From a virus (lineage: Duplodnaviria; Caudoviricetes), in the IMG/VR virus record IMGVR_UViG_3300011425_000201, positions 1-40,912 of that record: 40,912 nt of DNA, one strand, 5' to 3'. The notes below the pieces were generated by a model. That model searched no databases and had not been told where the DNA came from. It saw only the letters and a list, made by a program, of their open reading frames with translations. The position numbers and the translations under genes are program-made. Position 1 is the stretch's first letter; every line of letters begins with the position of its first letter. Positions 15,952-26,055 of the stretch are shown one piece after another.

Positions 15952-16266
15952 CTAACCCTCCATCTCCTGGGGCATCGGCGGAAGCTTTTCCTTTGGATAA
16001 ATGAGAGCGAAATCGATCAGATAGCATTCCCTGCAGAGCTTTCGTCTCATCGGCTTCTCAGCCTTCGTGCCTTCAATGTTGATGATATGGACATGGTTAA
16101 TCGATTGACTTTCGAAGCCGGATCCCTTGGGCATATTCTCATAGCGAGGTATCGGCTTCCCACAATCGTCGCAGAGTCCATCCAGAGGGTCGTGACAGAG
16201 AGGATCCGGGGCTCCCTCGAGGTATCTCGGGAGAGCCCACGTATCCTTCGTTCTTGGGGCGTTCAT
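15952..16266 (-). CDS. Zn-binding hypothetical protein (104 aa)
   Basis: CDDC...CREC; start reassigned to ATG 16266 (TAATG overlap). Confidence 0.65.
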   Translation of the reverse strand: MNAPRTKDTWALPRYLEGAPDPLCHDPLDGLCDDCGKPIPRYENMPKGSGFESQSINHVHIINIEGTKAEKPMRRKLCRECYLIDFALIYPKEKLPPMPQEMEG

Positions 16267-16712
16267 TATTCTTCGAAGTGCAGCGTCATCGCGACGCCGA
16301 AGGCCGAGTTGACGGCCGCGAAGAAGAGTCCGAGCCCGTTCGTCGAGGCGGGACATTTGAGCTCGCCGCCCGGGACAGCGACCCAGCGGAACGTCGCGCG
16401 CATATTCACGCCGACATCGAGCAAGATCGCGTTCGCCGTGTACGTCGGCTCGACGCTATGGTTCACGCCGGCGGTCGTTGCCGCGGCCGGATCTCCGGAA
16501 TCGAGCGCCTGGGGCGTTACCGCCGTCGAGGTCCCGATCGCCGTATGACGCTTGATCTGGTATTCGCAGGCGTTATCGGCCGGCGCCACACCTTGCGGCG
16601 AGATGATAACGTCGTAGAGCATCGGACGCACCGCGGTCGTGCCGGCGAAGGCTAAGCCAGTCGTCGAGGCCGTGTTGGTGTCCGTACCGCTGATGGAATA
16701 CTTTCGTGACAT
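16266..16712 (-). CDS. Putative virion structural protein (beta-rich, A/T/G-rich)
   Basis: Strong AAAGGAG RBS; composition typical of structural proteins. Confidence 0.65.
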   Translation of the reverse strand: MSRKYSISGTDTNTASTTGLAFAGTTAVRPMLYDVIISPQGVAPADNACEYQIKRHTAIGTSTAVTPQALDSGDPAAATTAGVNHSVEPTYTANAILLDVGVNMRATFRWVAVPGGELKCPASTNGLGLFFAAVNSAFGVAMTLHFEE

Positions 16713-16750
16713 GGTATATCTCCTTTGTTAATTGTTCGACATCGTAATTA

Positions 16751-17503
16751 TTACGCTACTTTTTCGCATAAGACATTTACCAAATGTTCGGACGAGGCGA
16801 AGCTTCCAGTATGAGTTGTGCTGAATTTGATCGGGGAAGTGCCATCGTGATAGAAAGCCAGTACCTTATTCACCTGAGCATGGAGGTTCGTGAGATCGAG
16901 CGGCCCAACCGTTGTCTGTCCGAAGCCTGAAGACCAGTTGCAGGCAAGCGTCACGGTACCTGCGATCGCATCCTCGGCCGTCGTCTCAAGCGCAATGCTC
17001 AGCCGGTAGAAACCGGCGACCGAAGAATCAGCAACATCCGTGACCGCGATGTTGGAGGCCCGATCCGGGAACGCCTGATAGTCCTTGATGATGGCTACCT
17101 GATTCGTCAAGGCGACCGTACCGTCGAGCTCCGGGAAGACGATCTCCCGGGCCGAGGTCAGTGAAGGAGCGCCCAGCAGCTTGATTGCCCCATCGGGTTG
17201 CTCGAGCACGAATCCCTTCAGTCCCGAAGCTGGAGACGAGACCAGAGCATCCCCCGCAATTACAGCAAGGCCACTATCATCGACCTCCAGGAGCGGCGTC
17301 GCATCTTTCTTCGCAATATAAATCGCAAAGGAATCGGCGGGCACCTGCAGACTCAGCGGGGGGATGCCGCTATCACCTCCTGCGTTGATGGAGATATTCT
17401 TGAATGATAGGAGCACGGGGACCCATCTCGCGCCATTCCATTGAAGGAATTGACCCGTGACCGTACCCGGCGGGACTGACGATTTTGCCTGTTCGCCTAT
17501 CAT
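16751..17503 (-). CDS. Putative tail fibre / tail-tip protein
   Basis: GQFLQWNGARW and R.I.FP..DGTVAL fibre-like motifs; ATGA coupling. Confidence 0.6.
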   Translation of the reverse strand: MIGEQAKSSVPPGTVTGQFLQWNGARWVPVLLSFKNISINAGGDSGIPPLSLQVPADSFAIYIAKKDATPLLEVDDSGLAVIAGDALVSSPASGLKGFVLEQPDGAIKLLGAPSLTSAREIVFPELDGTVALTNQVAIIKDYQAFPDRASNIAVTDVADSSVAGFYRLSIALETTAEDAIAGTVTLACNWSSGFGQTTVGPLDLTNLHAQVNKVLAFYHDGTSPIKFSTTHTGSFASSEHLVNVLCEKVA

Positions 17504-18276
17504 CCCGGCATCTGCGCTTTTAGTACGAGTTTCTTCATATCGTTCAGGCTAAATCGTTGTGTCTCGGTTGGATCATCGTCGAGGTCGAGATGCACAAGAG
17601 AAGTTGAGACAGCATCGACATCAACGAAATAAAATGGCCTGAGCCGGCCGCGAATTACTCCGTACATTGTGACAAAGAGATTCTTCGTCGTATCCGGGAT
17701 GTTCATCATGTCGAAAGCCCAGGTTCTCCTACCGGAGTATGTTTGAGCCATTCTCAGTCGACCATCGAGAGCCGTCCCTTCCTTCGTCGCGAATTTTCTT
17801 GCAGCATTCTTGTAGGGATACTCATAAGGATATCCCCAATCAAGCTTCGCACCCAGGAACCAGTTCCCGATATAGGGCGCATTCGCCAGCGGAGGGGATG
17901 CGATCGTGAGGCGAAGTCTCCAAAAGCGTTTCGTTTGTGAGCTGAATGAAAAATAATTGGGTATGGTGTCGGTACCGGCAAATATTGTCCCGCCAGGAAT
18001 CGGTGTTACCAGTCCCGATGAAAAGCCAGAATCATTTGCCGCCTCAAGGATCACCGAATCCGCATTGCCGAAGGAAAAATTATCGATGACAATGTAGTCG
18101 CACGCTCTCGCCGATCCGAAATCGATCACGATGCTCTGCGCTCCTGTGGATGCGCTTTTCCACACTTGATCCGGGTAGTAGCTCTGGAGGTTCACCAACG
18201 GAAAGTTACTGTCGGTCGACGTCGCCGAAAGTGCGTACAGGCTTACGTCTTGATATGCGAATACCGCGTTCGCCAC
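17500..18276 (-). CDS. Tail protein with discoidin (F5/8 type C)-like domain, Dit-like
   Basis: NL.....VWKS...IVIDFG...KRFWRLR motif followed by a Dit-like C-terminal part. Confidence 0.65.
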   Translation of the reverse strand: MANAVFAYQDVSLYALSATSTDSNFPLVNLQSYYPDQVWKSASTGAQSIVIDFGSARACDYIVIDNFSFGNADSVILEAANDSGFSSGLVTPIPGGTIFAGTDTIPNYFSFSSQTKRFWRLRLTIASPPLANAPYIGNWFLGAKLDWGYPYEYPYKNAARKFATKEGTALDGRLRMAQTYSGRRTWAFDMMNIPDTTKNLFVTMYGVIRGRLRPFYFVDVDAVSTSLVHLDLDDDPTETQRFSLNDMKKLVLKAQMPG

Positions 18277-18277
18277 G

Positions 18278-20920
18278 TTAGATCACCCTCGAGGGCATAA
18301 GCGCCGGCATCAGCTGAGGCTGTTTCTTTTTCTCCCGACGCGGCAGCTGCGTGGGCGGGTTCCAGCTGGAGACGCCTACGGGCTCCTGAGTGACAAGGCA
18401 TTCAATCGCCATCGAGCCATTGTATAAATAGCGCATCGCGTAAATCGGCGTATTGACTCCGGAGATGATTCGCTGCAGCTTCAACGGGGATAGGAAATTC
18501 ACATTGGCAGCATCGAAAACTTCATACTGAAAGAGCGGCTCGACCGGCATCGTGACCCGAACCATTCTTCGGGCATACCGGAAAAATTGGAAGAAGTAAT
18601 ACGTCATATCGCGGATCAAGAGATCTGGGATATACTTGTTGTTGATCTCGATCCGAGGAACATTCGACAATTGAGATGCCCCGAACGATTGCCCATCATA
18701 AGTCTCTGACAGCGATTGGGATGAGACGACGACCAGGCCGTAAGACTGATAAACAGAGAGCTCCTCTTCGATCTGGCCGGCATCGGAGATATTGAGCGTG
18801 AGAATGTTTCCCGTCGTCTGCGGGATGCCGGAGAGATCGCCTCGCCGATAGACAAAGGCGGATTTCGTCGCCGAATTCGTCGCGACAAGATTCCCTGCTT
18901 TGAGGATCGATGAGAGGGCATCCCGGACCGATAGGCCAGAGAAATCGGCCAGACCTACATAGAGATTTAAGATCGTCGCATACATAAACATCGTTCCGCC
19001 GTTGCTCAAGCCAAAATACCGCCCGGCGATCAGGACCGTGCTCGCAGGATGAGGAAGCTGCGGGAATATGCCGGGTTGAAGGGACGGATCTCGGGCCAGC
19101 CAGGATATCACCCCGGATGTCACGCTGAAAAACCCCCACTTCAGGTCCGATGTATTCTGCGCATAACCATAGGCACGACCATCCGAGAGATAACCCAACG
19201 CCCAATAGTTGTTGGTTCCGACGCTTATGCCTGATATCGTCGTGGCCGTTGCGTTATTTTCGCTGTGCCAGTTAAGCGAGCCATCCGACATGAACCGGTA
19301 AATTCTGGAATCGACCGAATTAAATGCAAAGGCGCGACCCACTGTCGCAGGACCGGTCTCGGTGGAACCACTTACCCATGCGTTTACAGAATTGATCGTG
19401 AGAAGTTGATAGTTGTCCGCCGTGTTCGTCGTCGTGAATTTTATCGTCGCTCCAGTTCGATAGATATGACGAGGGAAAGCGGAGCCGGTGAATCCGATCG
19501 TGAAGAGGGTCAGGCCCGGCGCAAAATCAGTCCCATTCCAAACAATCTCTCTTAAGGACGACGAGCCCGGCTCGACATAGAGAACCGATTGATGATACGA
19601 CGATCCGGTATAGTTGTAGTCGATCATTTCGTACGCATCGGCATACATTGTGACCGGACCGGCTTCGCCGTAGATATCGGCCCCAATGAGATTATTCAAT
19701 CTCACCGTCATGGAAATAGTGTCTGGACCGCCTGACTCACCCCCTCCTCCCGGGGGACCATAGAGAGTCCAGAGAAAATTTTTGCGGGCATTATAAAACA
19801 GCTTCCAGATCACATTGCCGGCCGGCACAGTCGTCACCACGGTATAGATTTCCGTGGCCATCGTTCGTTTATAAACGACGTTCCCCACCCCGACGAAGAT
19901 ATCGGTGCCATTGGTCGCCATGGCCCCACGCGGTAGAGAATTCGCGCTATCAGCGGGAGGGATCTCAAGAAACGACATCTTCGCATTCCCATCGTAACTA
20001 TTCAAAGTCATCGAATCGAAGTTGACCGTGTCGATACCGATCAGCTCATAGATCTTGCGAAGCAGAAACTTCATACTGGTGTTCTGGTAGAACTGCCTGG
20101 GAAGCACAGTGTTGGCCTGCAGGATGATCAGGCTATCGGTCAGCGCCGCGGTCGACGTCGAAAGAGCGACCGTATTGAAGACATGCATCGTCACTCGTTG
20201 CGTGTCGCCGCTTGAGTTATCGACATCTCCGAGAACGTTGTCACCTTGCACCAGAGTTTTCCAAACGGTGCAATTATCCAGCTTCGCCTGCTGCAGACCG
20301 CCGTTGACCTGGTAGGTGATCGTGTGGACCCCTACACTCAGCGGCCGCGGCGCCACGGCGGCATTTTTGACATACAGCCCGGGGATATTGGGCAGGACAA
20401 GGCCGGTCGTCTTGAAGCCATCAATATTGGGATGAAGATACTGAGCGGAGATCCTCTCAGCTGCGATCGTGCCGGCGAGATCTTCCGCGGTGAAGGCTTT
20501 GAACGTGCACTCATCGTTGAGCTCATCGAAAGTGATGCCGACGTAGTCGATGAAGCCGGCGAACATATAGAGCGTGTCACTGGCAAAGGCAGTGCCGTCT
20601 CCCAGCTTGAACTCTACCTTGAACTCCGCATATTGTCCAGGATTCGTCGTCACACCATCGCGAAAGATCAGATCTCGCCAATATGCGACGTCTCGTGCCC
20701 GGACCAGGAGACTATCGCAGGTGAACTGACCATGCTCATATTCGATCTTGTGGGCGATCTCAATCTCTTCCTCGATCACCTTGCTCGACACATCGGTCCA
20801 GTTCGAAAGGTTCAGCGCCTGATTCAGCGTCCCGACAAAGCGGATATAGAATTTCCATTGAAGGACCTTGGATCCACCTCTCGCCAGCATATTGAAGGTA
20901 TTTGACGCCGTCAGCTTCAT
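18278..20920 (-). CDS. Tail tip / hub protein with propeller-like insertion
   Basis: 880 aa, directly after the tape measure; WTDVS..V N-terminus; beta-rich central region. Confidence 0.65.
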   Translation of the reverse strand: MKLTASNTFNMLARGGSKVLQWKFYIRFVGTLNQALNLSNWTDVSSKVIEEEIEIAHKIEYEHGQFTCDSLLVRARDVAYWRDLIFRDGVTTNPGQYAEFKVEFKLGDGTAFASDTLYMFAGFIDYVGITFDELNDECTFKAFTAEDLAGTIAAERISAQYLHPNIDGFKTTGLVLPNIPGLYVKNAAVAPRPLSVGVHTITYQVNGGLQQAKLDNCTVWKTLVQGDNVLGDVDNSSGDTQRVTMHVFNTVALSTSTAALTDSLIILQANTVLPRQFYQNTSMKFLLRKIYELIGIDTVNFDSMTLNSYDGNAKMSFLEIPPADSANSLPRGAMATNGTDIFVGVGNVVYKRTMATEIYTVVTTVPAGNVIWKLFYNARKNFLWTLYGPPGGGGESGGPDTISMTVRLNNLIGADIYGEAGPVTMYADAYEMIDYNYTGSSYHQSVLYVEPGSSSLREIVWNGTDFAPGLTLFTIGFTGSAFPRHIYRTGATIKFTTTNTADNYQLLTINSVNAWVSGSTETGPATVGRAFAFNSVDSRIYRFMSDGSLNWHSENNATATTISGISVGTNNYWALGYLSDGRAYGYAQNTSDLKWGFFSVTSGVISWLARDPSLQPGIFPQLPHPASTVLIAGRYFGLSNGGTMFMYATILNLYVGLADFSGLSVRDALSSILKAGNLVATNSATKSAFVYRRGDLSGIPQTTGNILTLNISDAGQIEEELSVYQSYGLVVVSSQSLSETYDGQSFGASQLSNVPRIEINNKYIPDLLIRDMTYYFFQFFRYARRMVRVTMPVEPLFQYEVFDAANVNFLSPLKLQRIISGVNTPIYAMRYLYNGSMAIECLVTQEPVGVSSWNPPTQLPRREKKKQPQLMPALMPSRVI

Positions 20921-23250
20921 CCCAGTATTGCCACGCGCGCCCTGTTATTTTTGAAGAAGTCATTAACGTCGGTAACGCCCATCTCTCTCATCCCCTCCTG
21001 AACGATTTCCTTAAAGGCCGCTTTGGAGGCGATGTTGTTGCCGGTGAAGTGGAATTCGTTTATCACCTTCGTTACCTCTGGCAGGCCGGCGCCCGGGCGG
21101 GTAAGGACTGCATCTATTTTTCGTACCAGCTCCTGGATGCTCCTGTCGAATGAAGCGATCGCATCGCGTATCTCCCTTCCAGCGGGATTCGAGGATGACG
21201 TACGTAAGCTTTGAACCTGGGACTCTATATCCGAGGATCTCTCCCTGAACTTCCTTATTTGTATGACGGTGTCCTGGAGCTTCGCTTCTTGAGGTTCCGT
21301 CCTGATTGTCTCGCCTGGCAGGGCCAAGATTGGGATTTCTCTTCCGGGAATCCCGGGAACGACGCCGCCTTCATGGAATTTGGGAACGGGCTGACTCGCA
21401 ATCACAGCAGTCTCGGCAGCCCCCAATCCGGCAACAATTGGAATCATCCACGGCGTGGCTGTGACTTTGGTGATCTCCACTGCCGTATTCATGATCGCTT
21501 TTATGATGTTCGCTGCCTTCTCAGCGGCGAACGCTTCCTGCTTCGCGGCCCGGATTCTCCCGTCATACTGGAGGGCGATCGCGGCTTTTTCAGCTTCCAG
21601 CTTCTTCTTCTGCTCAGCGCTCAGGTTTTCCGCCTTTAACTTCTCGTCGATATTCGCAATCGCCAGATTTTTTTCGGTCTCAAGATTCTCTATCGCCGCC
21701 TGGCTATTTTGACTCTGCAACTGCCCGATAATGCCCAATCCTCTTCCCACAATGGAACTCATCAGCTGCATCTTTTGACTCGCTTTTTCCAGCGGCGTCT
21801 GGAGTGCAGCCTCGAGCTTCGCCTTCAATGCGTTGAGCTTGTCGAATTTATCGAGCCAATCCTGCGTATCTAATCCGGCCTGCTCCAACTCCCTCTCTGT
21901 CAATGCTATCTGATTCTTTAGCCCCGTCACCGTCTCCAGTTGCGGGCCCAGATTGAGCGTCATATCCATATCCGGAAGCTTGAATATTTCCGGAAGCTTC
22001 TCCCCCTTACTCAAAAGATTCTGCAGCGATTTCGCGCCCTCTTCCCCGACGCTAACGAGGCTGAGCTTCATTCTGTCCAGATTCTCGGCGCCGGAGTTGA
22101 CAGCAACGTTCAGTTTCTCGATATCGCCGATGGGGAGCTTTGCTTCCAGCCGCAACGACGAGCTCGGGAGCTCGAACATCTTCGGCAGCTTATCGATCAG
22201 CGGATTGGAGAGGATATTCTGAAGCGTCTGTCTGGTGGTATCGCCGATACCGAGCATCTTCAGCCTCGTTTGTTCCAGCTGATAGTTCATGCTCGAAGTC
22301 ACTTTTTCGATCTGAAGGCTCACGACGGCGAGATGCGCTAACGTATCGGTATACTCCTTTGTGCTTGGATCGAGGCTTCCGATTAGCTCCTCATCGAGCT
22401 TCTTGTAGTAATTCAGGAGAGTTAGGCTGCCCTCAGCATTCTCATCCTGCATCTTCCGGAGCTCCGCCGCGGCAGCTGCACCCTCGGCACCGGCGGCATC
22501 AACCGACTGATTCCACGCATGCCAGGCAGCTGCGGACTTATCGACAACTTTTTTCTGCTCCTTGATTTCTTCGTTAGTTCCCTTAACGAAGACTTGAAAC
22601 TCGTTCTCTAAGCCGGTAAAGGAATCGATCATCGACCGCGTTTCGAAATATCCGTCCCTAAGCTTCTTGAGCGCGGCGGCCTGGTTATCCCATTCCTTCT
22701 TGAGCTCGACGCCTTTTGCTTCCTGGCCCACTCTCCCAAGCTTGATATCGAGGTCGATCGCCTCGAGCTTAAGCGCATGAATCTTCTTCTGAGCTTCTTC
22801 GCTTTCCTTACCCATCGATAGAAGGGATGCAGCCACGCCTCCGATCGCGGCCGCGGCGACCCCCCATGGACCGGGAACAGCGGCCAGCAGGAAATCCAGC
22901 CCCTGAAACGTTACGAAGCCTTGATTCAGAGAATTGGTGAGTTTCTTCATCGTTTCATCCGACTGTCCGGCCGTGTTGCTGAAGAGCCCCAGTCCGACAC
23001 TCGCAGCGCCGATGACATCTTTGCCCTGGCGCATGAGAAAGTTCTGTTCTCTCTGTTCGCTCCGTTGCTTGCGGATAAATTCGCTTAGGCGATTGGTTTC
23101 TTCACCGTGTCGCTTGGTCCCTTGAATGACCCTTTGCGTCGAGGCTTCAATCTCCCTATTTCCATCAGCGACGAGCTTCTTGAATTTGTTGAAGACCAGG
23201 CTTCCCTTGTCGTCGACGCCGATGCCATATTGAAATTGTCGTTCGGCCAT
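20917..23250 (-). CDS. Tape measure protein
   Basis: 777 aa; helical Ala/Leu/Lys-rich, hydrophobic segments, ..PKFHEGGVV..PILALPGE motif. Confidence 0.85.
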   Translation of the reverse strand: MAERQFQYGIGVDDKGSLVFNKFKKLVADGNREIEASTQRVIQGTKRHGEETNRLSEFIRKQRSEQREQNFLMRQGKDVIGAASVGLGLFSNTAGQSDETMKKLTNSLNQGFVTFQGLDFLLAAVPGPWGVAAAAIGGVAASLLSMGKESEEAQKKIHALKLEAIDLDIKLGRVGQEAKGVELKKEWDNQAAALKKLRDGYFETRSMIDSFTGLENEFQVFVKGTNEEIKEQKKVVDKSAAAWHAWNQSVDAAGAEGAAAAAELRKMQDENAEGSLTLLNYYKKLDEELIGSLDPSTKEYTDTLAHLAVVSLQIEKVTSSMNYQLEQTRLKMLGIGDTTRQTLQNILSNPLIDKLPKMFELPSSSLRLEAKLPIGDIEKLNVAVNSGAENLDRMKLSLVSVGEEGAKSLQNLLSKGEKLPEIFKLPDMDMTLNLGPQLETVTGLKNQIALTERELEQAGLDTQDWLDKFDKLNALKAKLEAALQTPLEKASQKMQLMSSIVGRGLGIIGQLQSQNSQAAIENLETEKNLAIANIDEKLKAENLSAEQKKKLEAEKAAIALQYDGRIRAAKQEAFAAEKAANIIKAIMNTAVEITKVTATPWMIPIVAGLGAAETAVIASQPVPKFHEGGVVPGIPGREIPILALPGETIRTEPQEAKLQDTVIQIRKFRERSSDIESQVQSLRTSSSNPAGREIRDAIASFDRSIQELVRKIDAVLTRPGAGLPEVTKVINEFHFTGNNIASKAAFKEIVQEGMREMGVTDVNDFFKNNRARVAILG

Positions 23251-23252
23251 GG

Positions 23253-23813
23253 TTAAGATCCCGAAGAGAGATAAAACTGCAATTGGTTCTCGAGGATAGC
23301 GGGAAACTTGTCGGTCAGCAATCGTTCAAGTGCCTCGATGATCGGACGCGAGCCGAACATATTAGCGACCGAAATCGTATAGTTTTCCCTGATCGCCTGA
23401 CGATTGGGATTTGTCTTCATGAATTTTTCCTCCATGCGCGTGAAGATTCCGATATGGCCGCTCTTCATTTGGGCGATGAACATTGCCTTGCTTACAGTGC
23501 GTCCTCCCCTTTTTATCTTGACAATCACACCGCTTCTTCTGCCCACCTTCTGGGAAGGAGAAAACATGATCAGAGGCAACATTTTCCCGTGCACATTGAT
23601 AAAGACGGTCGGATCGGTGACAGACGCCGGGCGGACCGTGATCGCCTTATCGACTTCGGAGCGACTCACATTATAGGTCTCTCTCACCAGCCTATTGCCG
23701 AGCGTCTCGGCCTGGGCAGAGACCTTCGTCAGCGAGCGCAGGAGGATCTTTTTGTATCCCTTCGCATCGACGTCGATCTGCTCCATGGATGGTATTGTAA
23801 ATTTTGAGATCAT
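23253..23813 (-). CDS. Lambda gpZ-like minor tail / neck protein
   Basis: Basic protein with V.VKIKRG....AMFIAQMKSGH.GIF.R pattern. Confidence 0.65.
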   Translation of the reverse strand: MISKFTIPSMEQIDVDAKGYKKILLRSLTKVSAQAETLGNRLVRETYNVSRSEVDKAITVRPASVTDPTVFINVHGKMLPLIMFSPSQKVGRRSGVIVKIKRGGRTVSKAMFIAQMKSGHIGIFTRMEEKFMKTNPNRQAIRENYTISVANMFGSRPIIEALERLLTDKFPAILENQLQFYLSSGS

Positions 23814-24453
23814 TTTTTATTGCTTGCTTTCACTTCGCCAGCGATCTTATCATGCAGCTCGATCAGCTCCCGGGTAATCGGCGGAAGTGCATTCCATTCG
23901 GTCAGCGTCATAACAAATAGGCCCGATCTCCAATCCTGAATTGACTTGATGAAGGGCATCCACTCCCGCAAGGCATTCTGAAATTCTTGAACCGATACCT
24001 TGTGGCCCGATTCATCTTCATACTCAATGCGCCCGCCCTTCAGCACACTCGAATCATTTATTGCATAAAGGGCGTAACTCAGTTTTTTTCGGCGTCCTCC
24101 ACGGCGAAGTTCATACTGATCACCTTATCGGAGATCTTCCGGACCGCCTCATGAGAGAGTCTATTCATACAGCTTTCGCTCATGCAGACCCTTTTGCCGA
24201 TCCCGGGAAGAATTATCTGCTCGGTTTTGAACTCCAGCAGCTGGCCTGCAGCGTCGTTGACACTACTCCAGCCCTTGACAGCATGACGGACGAGACGAAC
24301 CCGTGTGAGAAAAGACGCATCGCCGGCCGAGAGCCCGTCGGCGATCGATGCTCTGACAAACGTATCAAGCATTCCCACCATGACCGACGGCCCATCCGGC
24401 TCTTCATCGAGACGGACCACCTCGGTGGCATTGATATCCAAAATTGAACGCAT
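23810..24453 (-). CDS. Tail assembly chaperone G (24079-24453) and -1 frameshift extension GT (to 23810)
   Basis: G ends GAA AAA AAC TGA; the -1 frame is open (KKLSYALYAINDSSVLKGGR...) into the 23810-24046 ORF; between tail tube and tape measure. Confidence 0.85.
24082..24088 (-). other. -1 programmed ribosomal frameshift slippery site A AAA AAC
   Basis: X XXY YYZ heptamer immediately before the G stop codon. Confidence 0.82.
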
Positions 24454-24475
24454 AGAAGTGCTCCTTCTTATTGAT

Positions 24476-25441
24476 TTAGGTTACGACGATTGATATCCAA
24501 TCGTCTCCGCTGTTTTGATTGAACTGTAAGGGAATCGAGAAGTCCAAGAGATCTTCCCGGTTCTGGTACTGAACATCGTTATACTGACTATTCGGCATTG
24601 TCATCGTGATGATATTGCCGCTCGTCGAACCCCAGGCGAATGAGACAGAGGCTTCCGTGGCCACCATCAACCTGTTGTGGAATGCATGCGTCGCGACGGA
24701 CTCCGCCTCGATCTGGATACTACCCTTGGGATCGCGGTCGGTGATTACGAAGCCCTTGATGGACGTCGCACTGGCCGCATCAAGCCGGCGCGTGATCTTA
24801 TTGGCCACATCGACTTCGAGCTTGGAGAGGATCGCCGCGAGGCCCTGTACGGTGACGGTGCCAGACATGAGCAAGGGAGGCGTCGGGATCGCGAACGTCG
24901 GAGTTGGCACGGCGACATCCGTTGGATCTGCATAAACGCCCTGGAACTCGAATTCGAACATCGGTATCTCACCGGCTCCGCCGGTTATCTTCACGGTCCC
25001 GAGAGATCCGGCGACAATATGTTTATGGCCGTCTTTGTAGACCTCGAGGGTGACGGATTTGCCCGGACCGAAGAAGCTTCCCGATGCCGGCACCGAGGTC
25101 GGTGAGTAAGTGATCGAGGTTGCGCCCACGGCCACCGATACGAAGCCACACGCTTCGAGCGCGGCATCCACCCCCGCATATCCGGCGATCGTCTTAGTGC
25201 CCCGGGTGCCGGATCCCGTCGCTTCCACCTTGAATTTCACCTTCGTGTAGCGGCCGCCTACCAGGTGGGTGATGTTGTCGAGAGAGGCACGCCTTACGTC
25301 GCGTTGAATAACCTCCGGGACCGGGTCGATCGAGATATCGTCGATGACCTTTACGTAATCGGTGGCCGTCGCCGGGACGACCGGCGTGCCCTGCGTCGCT
25401 TCGACCTTGATACCAAGGGCCTGGCGTTTAAATAGTTTCAT
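24476..25441 (-). CDS. Major tail tube protein
   Basis: K.E.T.GT..P N-terminus, L.ACG, TY.P, ITDR...GS motifs; position before chaperones. Confidence 0.85.
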   Translation of the reverse strand: MKLFKRQALGIKVEATQGTPVVPATATDYVKVIDDISIDPVPEVIQRDVRRASLDNITHLVGGRYTKVKFKVEATGSGTRGTKTIAGYAGVDAALEACGFVSVAVGATSITYSPTSVPASGSFFGPGKSVTLEVYKDGHKHIVAGSLGTVKITGGAGEIPMFEFEFQGVYADPTDVAVPTPTFAIPTPPLLMSGTVTVQGLAAILSKLEVDVANKITRRLDAASATSIKGFVITDRDPKGSIQIEAESVATHAFHNRLMVATEASVSFAWGSTSGNIITMTMPNSQYNDVQYQNREDLLDFSIPLQFNQNSGDDWISIVVT

Positions 25442-25590
25442 GATTTGCCTTTCGGGTTTTTATCCACAGTTGGTGACTCGGGCTTTGCAGCGTCCTTCGA
25501 TGTTTCGATAGGAAGCTCGACGGGAATCAACTTCCCGTCTTCCATGTGACAGAGCGTGCCTGTTTCAGGATCTCGAATTGTTTCTCTCAT
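25438..25590 (-). CDS. Small hypothetical protein (50 aa, not in ORF track)
   Basis: MRETIRDPETGTLCHMEDGKLIP...KGKS; fills the gap exactly, ATGA overlap with tail tube start. Confidence 0.6.
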   Translation of the reverse strand: MRETIRDPETGTLCHMEDGKLIPVELPIETSKDAAKPESPTVDKNPKGKS

Positions 25591-25593
25591 AGG

Positions 25594-26055
25594 TCAACTC
25601 TCTTCCCAGATATTCGTGCGATAGCGGATGCGGACTCTGATCCTTGCGCCGACGATAACGGCTTCATCCTGTTCATGGATCAGTGTATCCGAGGCAAAAT
25701 TCGTTTTATAGGCGAGCCCACCGAAGGTGATATCGTTTCCCCCTCCACCGATCGCTTTCTTGACGTCGGAGATTCCCTTCCTTGCTTCGGTGATGCTGGT
25801 GCCACCCTTTTTGAAGAGGATGTCGATCTCGACGTCGAGGTTCAGATCCCATTCGTTCTGACCACTGGCGAGCTCGTCGATAAGATTGTTCGTCTCGTCG
25901 CGGAGGTTGATAGCATCGAGATCGTTGTCGTTGAACGTCGTCGACTTGTAATCAAAGACCTTGGATCCGAGGTTCGTGTAATAACCATTGGCGGTCAGGA
26001 TCGTCTGCATGCGCGCTTTGAGCGCATCCATTATCTGTTGTCTCTTGAGCGCCAT
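25594..26055 (-). CDS. Tail terminator / tail completion protein (gpU-like)
   Basis: RQQIMDAL...I..ANGY.T; I.KAI...TFGGLA; .RYRT pattern; synteny. Confidence 0.75.
   Translation of the reverse strand: MALKRQQIMDALKARMQTILTANGYYTNLGSKVFDYKSTTFNDNDLDAINLRDETNNLIDELASGQNEWDLNLDVEIDILFKKGGTSITEARKGISDVKKAIGGGGNDITFGGLAYKTNFASDTLIHEQDEAVIVGARIRVRIRYRTNIWEES

Noticed and set aside
25460-25468. Perfect DnaA box TTATCCACA
   Set aside because: Single copy inside the 50-aa coding sequence; no cluster or AT-rich unwinding region
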